Shown here piece by piece: positions 59,461 to 64,000 of a stretch of 64,000 nt of DNA (position 1 is the first letter of the stretch; every line of letters begins with the position of its first letter). Origin of the DNA: Squalus acanthias (taxonomy: Eukaryota); NCBI GenBank assembly GCA_030390025.1, contig CM059432.1:71984001-72048000 (forward strand), written 5' to 3'. A program made the translations under genes and the position numbers. Under the pieces are notes generated by a model that was not told the origin of the DNA, did no database searches, and saw only the letters and a list, made by a program, of their open reading frames with translations.

Positions 59461-60699
59461 TCTTAGAGAGAAGACAATTTAGTATCTTCTCCTGGAGTAG
59501 GGAGCCTCTGTGACATCCTGGATGCAGCGATGGACGGCGAACAGTGAGATGTTAGCAATGTCTCCTGCTGCAGACTGGAAGGATCTGCTGGCGAAGAAAT
59601 TGAGGGCCACGGTGACCTTGAGGGCCACTGGGAGAGCCGTGGTCGCCCAGCTCTGAGGCTGCAGGTCTGGTTGCAGGAGGTGGCAGAGTTCTGTGGCTAC
59701 CTCCTTGGTGAAGCGAAGCCGCCTAATACACTGCTCCTCGCTTAATTGGAGATAAGCAAAGTGCTCTCAGAAGACTCTAGTTGGGTAAGGCCTCCTGTTG
59801 AGAGCCCTCCTGGCCCTCCTCCTTCCTCTGCAAGCATCTTCTCTTTGCTGCTTCCACTCCCTCTCCTGAAGATACTTGAACGCAAGGGGGGCTGCAAGTA
59901 GAGCCCCCATGACTGTGAGCCAGTGGTGTGAGCAGAAACCTCCACTTGCAGCAACACTCCCTGTGACCTCAGCAACTTAAAACAAGTTTAGAAAGCTGCA
60001 AGAGTTGCAGAAACTTAGACAGAGCCAGTGAAACTGAGAAATTATGTCAGCTGCAAGTTGTTGATGATTCCCTTTAAAGATCGCTGCTGGGGGCTCCTTC
60101 CTGCTGCTGAACACTCGGTCAGCTGGTCGTGATTAGGAGAGGGCGGTAAGTGGAGCGGCGATGTCGAAAATGGCAGATCGTGCGTCAAATGAGCGTTGCA
60201 CACACTCATTGACGTCCCAAGCTGCCTCATTTCCATTTCTGCAGTGAGCGTCGGCAATAGCAATGCTGCCGACTTGCCAAAAATGGCAGCCGCCGCGGAA
60301 CCCACCAGAAGTGGGTCGGCCACCATTTTTTCATCAAAACGGGCCTTAATGGGTGGTGCTAAAGCCCCCGAATTTCTAGGCCTAAGATTTCACCTCTGGG
60401 TTCCAGCAGATGCAAGGCTACATTGAAAATGACTAAACTTTGGGGTTCATTGCTGTTCATTTTGGTGGCCTTACTTAGAAAGTCTATAATGCCAATTTTG
60501 ATACGCAGTGTAAATCAGATGGGCAGAGTGGAACAGAGCGACATTTTGCCTGTCCAATAGGAAGCCCATGTCATTTTCGTGGATGGGCCTAATTTACATG
60601 GAATTGATTGCCAGGTACTAATCATGCTCCCGAAAGACAACTTGCCAATTGGGACTTTGGGAAATCCAGTGCAGCAGTTGTTACTTAAAGGCAGCCTGC

Positions 60700-62570
60700 A
60701 ACACCTTAAAGGGAAGGTTCACTTTTTGATGGTAGAAAGTGGACAGCGATTTTCTGGAGCAGCAGGTCCAGGTCCCTGGCTTCAACCAGGGTCCCCAGAT
60801 TCTCAGATGCATCAGTGGAGGTGCTCATTAACCAACCGAACAGAAGGAAGAAGGTCCTCTTCCACGCTAATATGCAACAGGTGCCCAGACAAACTTTTCA
60901 GTAACAATGGAGAAAAGTGACAGAAAGATAAATTGTCACAAGGATTGTCCCAAGGACCTAGTTGCAGTGCAGAAAATGTTTTAATGATCTCACCAGGACT
61001 GCTAACATAAGATACCCCTTCATATCGCTTGCATTCTCTGCACAGCCATGCACCACCCTATATTAGCTCCAGCACTATCAATCGTTCCCTCCCCTTATTT
61101 CTATGCCTCTCCTCCAATCAGAAAGAGACTGCATCTTCTTTCTACTTGCACTCACACTCTCAAAACCAGCTACTGCCCTCACAACTACTTCTCCCTCTCA
61201 GCCATACTTGCTGCTTCTTCCTGGCATCATCCATCATGCTTTGTACATCTTGAAAACCCTTCAACAGGACTCATACTAACCCAATACCACTCTTCTTGTA
61301 TGAGAAGTTGGCACACAACAGGAGGGAAACATCCAAAACAGAAGGAAGTCCTGCCACTCTGCAGACACTGACACCAATGGTAGAGCTGCCCTTCAACATT
61401 ATTAGCAGGGAGAAAGCACGCAGCATTGAAGTTAGCCAGGCTGGAGGCCACGCACAGCAGGGTGTTTAGGCATCTTCCCTCTCTCACTCACACACTCAGC
61501 ATGACAACCTGGTGCTGCGTTGTGCTGCCTCTTATCTGATATTGCTTACCCTCACCACTATATGCTAACTCTTGTCCCGCTCCCATTTTTCGAGATCCAT
61601 CAGAAGACGTGGGCCTTGCAACTGCACAGCCCGATGTGGAGAAACCTCCTGAAGATGCACCATCACTCGCTCTCGCTATTCTAATCACCAGCACAGAAAT
61701 CGGCACCCTATATGGTATAGATAGTGAGTTAGAGGGGTCTGCACTGGGCGATTCAGCAAGCACAAGTGAGCAGGAGCAAGTGCAGGTGGCAAGAATGGAC
61801 CAGGAAACAGGTAACCTTGTGCCCTAACTTTGCTGAAGAGGACAGAGGTGCAAACGTTAAGGGCCCAACTTTTAAAAGAAGGATGATTTATGTGCACCAA
61901 CATTTGCTTAATGCTTTGGACTGCCTGCCAGTGAGCTTCCAGAACATGTCGGAGAGTGTGGAGGAGTCCACTACCAACTTTTGTGGAGTTCTGGTGCAGG
62001 GCATCAACACGCTGCAGTCAACCATGATTCGTGTGATTACCTCAAAGGACACTGCAGCTGGGCTCTCACTACAGGAAACTGTGGCACCTGTAGCAGCATC
62101 TCTCAAGGATGCTCCTATTGTACAGGCTCTGGGTTCAATCAATTCCTCTACCTTGGAGAGGCTAGGAGACCAAATGGATAGGGGCTTCCGTCACATCACA
62201 CATGTCCTACAGTCTGCTCTCCTGCAGATAAGTGGAAGTGCTGAGATGCATCCTGATAACAGGGGCAGTCATGTAATGGGAATGGAACATGTTGCCATCT
62301 CTCAGGATGATAGGACATGGAGACCCTCATGACCTCCTCAAGCAGTGTCCACCCGGGTGCCACAAAGCCATCAAGTTGTTGCAATCATCAGCTGGGCCCT
62401 CTCAGGCCAAAGCTCCTAGAGGTTGCCAACCACAAGCATTTCAAGAATTCTTGACACAACAGCCTTCCCCCTCCCATGCCACAGCCACTGGAGAAGCACT
62501 GTGAAGAAGCACTAGAGTAGGTTACAGAGCATTTATACAGACACTAGGGGCTCACACCTGGGGTATAATT
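60700..62570 (+). pseudogene. Decayed Harbinger-type Myb/SANT-like gene (element G)
   Basis: RT*LQCRKCFNDL remnant near 60955-60990; DAPSL, AISQDD, QQPSPSHATATGEAL motifs shared with the other copies. Confidence 0.7.
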
Positions 62571-62849
62571 AGTGTGTAGACATTGTGTAAACCAGTTAAA
62601 TTATAATCCTTTTTGAAATCTGTGTGTGGAGAAAGTGTTCCTGTAGTAGCTGGTGACCCTGAAAGTTAGTGGATACGAATATTAATGTTGGTTTTGGGTT
62701 CACTTGATGAGGCAGAACTGGAGGAGCTGTTGGGCATGACTGTTACTACACAGGAAGAAAGATTGTTCAGCTGAAGCGCCCTTTAATGAACTGTTACTGA
62801 ACAGCTCTGAATGCAGGCAACTGTTGGAGCCCTCCCACCTCTTCACCTT

Positions 62850-63210
62850 TTTTGTATTCATTCATGGGATGTGGGCATCACTAGCAAGGCCAGCATTTAT
62901 TGCCCATCCCTAATTTCCCTTGAGAAGGTGGTAGTGAGCCGCCTTCTTGAACCGCTGCAGTCCATGTGGTGAAGATACTCCCACAGTGCTGTTAGGATGG
63001 GAGTTCCAGGATTTTGACCCAGCGACGATGAAGGAACGGCAATCCAAATCCGGTGCCTAGGTCGATGCCACATGATCCGTCTGGTTTTATTATTATTGTT
63101 TTTCGTAGCGGTTTGTTACAACTGAGTGGTTTGCTAGGCCATTTCAGAGGGCAGTTAAGAGTCAACCACATTGCTGTGGGTCTGGAGTCACATGTAGGCC
63201 AGACCAAGTA
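62850..63210 (-). mobile_element. SINE-like repeat carrying the CR1-group LINE tail
   Basis: Left part is the reverse complement of 20902-21085; right part matches 27055-27110. Confidence 0.7.
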
Positions 63211-63397
63211 ACAAGAAAGTAATTTCTATATGAAAACAGCCTGCTCAGTAAAGGGAAACATCACATCGATGCACTGAAGTGCTCTTCTGAGATTTATTGG
63301 GATATATTTTCCTCTGTTCACTAAAGTTGTTAGTAAAAAATTAGGTGTGAATATAAAACTTTTTTTGCTAATATCAGCATATGGAGGGAAATTCATT

Positions 63398-63577
63398 GGG
63401 CAGAACTTTCAACTTTGGAGGGGGCATAAAACAGGTGGTAACAGATCGACCACCCATACCCCGCCTGATTTTCCACTCTGTTGAAGTCACTGGAAAGGAA
63501 ATTCAGGCGGGGTGTATCGGGGCAGCCAATCCGCTACCGCCCATTTTATGCCCCCACCAAAGTTGATAATTCCACCC
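63398..63577. mobile_element. 180-bp hairpin MITE
   Basis: About 43-bp imperfect inverted repeats GGGCAGAACTTTCAACTTTGGAGGGGGCATAAAA.. / ..TTTTATGCCCCCACCAAAGTTGATAATTCCACCC; flanks ATT/GTT. Confidence 0.75.
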
Positions 63578-64000
63578 GTTGTGTGAGCAACCTAAGGGTA
63601 AACTCTGCAACTAACACTTCTACACCATGATGCTGCTTAGTATAAAGTAGGAAAAAATTTTCATTTCCCCATTGTTGCAATCACTTACACTCACTCAAGA
63701 AATTCTTCAAATATAAAATTAACTTTTGAATTCTACTTTTTATGATATAAAAACTAAGACACAGTGTGCCACAAATTCACTTTTTGACAATAAAATATTC
63801 TTGTGGAAAATACAATGCTGGTTAGGCACCATTTCAAAAATATGCTCAGTCAGAATTTATCACTTCTTCCCTGGAGCACAGCATAATAATCAAAATGCAA
63901 ATTACAACTTAACATTAGATTGCCCACACAATCCTGGGTCAGGAATTTCCTGTGGGTGGTATAGTTACTGCCTGATATTGTGACTCCACTTACCTGTCTG

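Larger units (their letters stand above)
55380..60382. mobile_element. Harbinger F with both ends, decayed Myb gene (+, ~55650-57650) and transposase (-, ~59910-57799)
   Basis: Perfect 12-bp TIR GGCCTAGAAATT / AATTTCTAGGCC, flanks TAT/TAA; QCRKKFN, YPGSSHD, LLGDKGY motifs. Confidence 0.88.

Noticed and set aside
63988..64000. Perfect splice donor CAG|GTAAGT on the minus strand at the window edge, hinting the window is intronic
   Set aside because: A single 9-mer can occur by chance in 64 kb and the exon would lie outside the window.

Overview
Eukaryotic, transposon-saturated genomic DNA with no recognisable host exon. The repeat content (a SacSINE1-like DeuSINE, esterase-type CR1, L2, Penelope, many PIF/Harbinger copies) suggests a cartilaginous fish, but the host is inferred. 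The main feature is a 12.7-kb, apparently intact and young provirus on the minus strand (104-12799). It has ~1.6-kb near-identical TG..CA LTRs, a TGCC target-site duplication, and is inserted into a Penelope element. Gag carries a CCHC knuckle and an overlapping PSAP/PPxY late domain. Pol follows in frame after a UGA-CUAG readthrough context, with the order PR-RT-degenerate RNaseH-active RNaseH-IN plus a long tail. Env looks like a paramyxo/pneumovirus-F-type class I fusion protein with an N-terminal immunoglobulin-like domain. This architecture best fits lokiretrovirus-like elements; the Ig-F env and a PBS overlapping the gag start codon are the most unusual parts. The rest of the window holds a nearly autonomous Harbinger with a sibling copy and a MITE, several decayed Harbingers, CR1/L2 LINEs, SINEs, Penelope-type hammerhead ribozyme motifs and a minisatellite-CR1 chimeric insertion. 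All calls are by eye; no searches or alignments were run.
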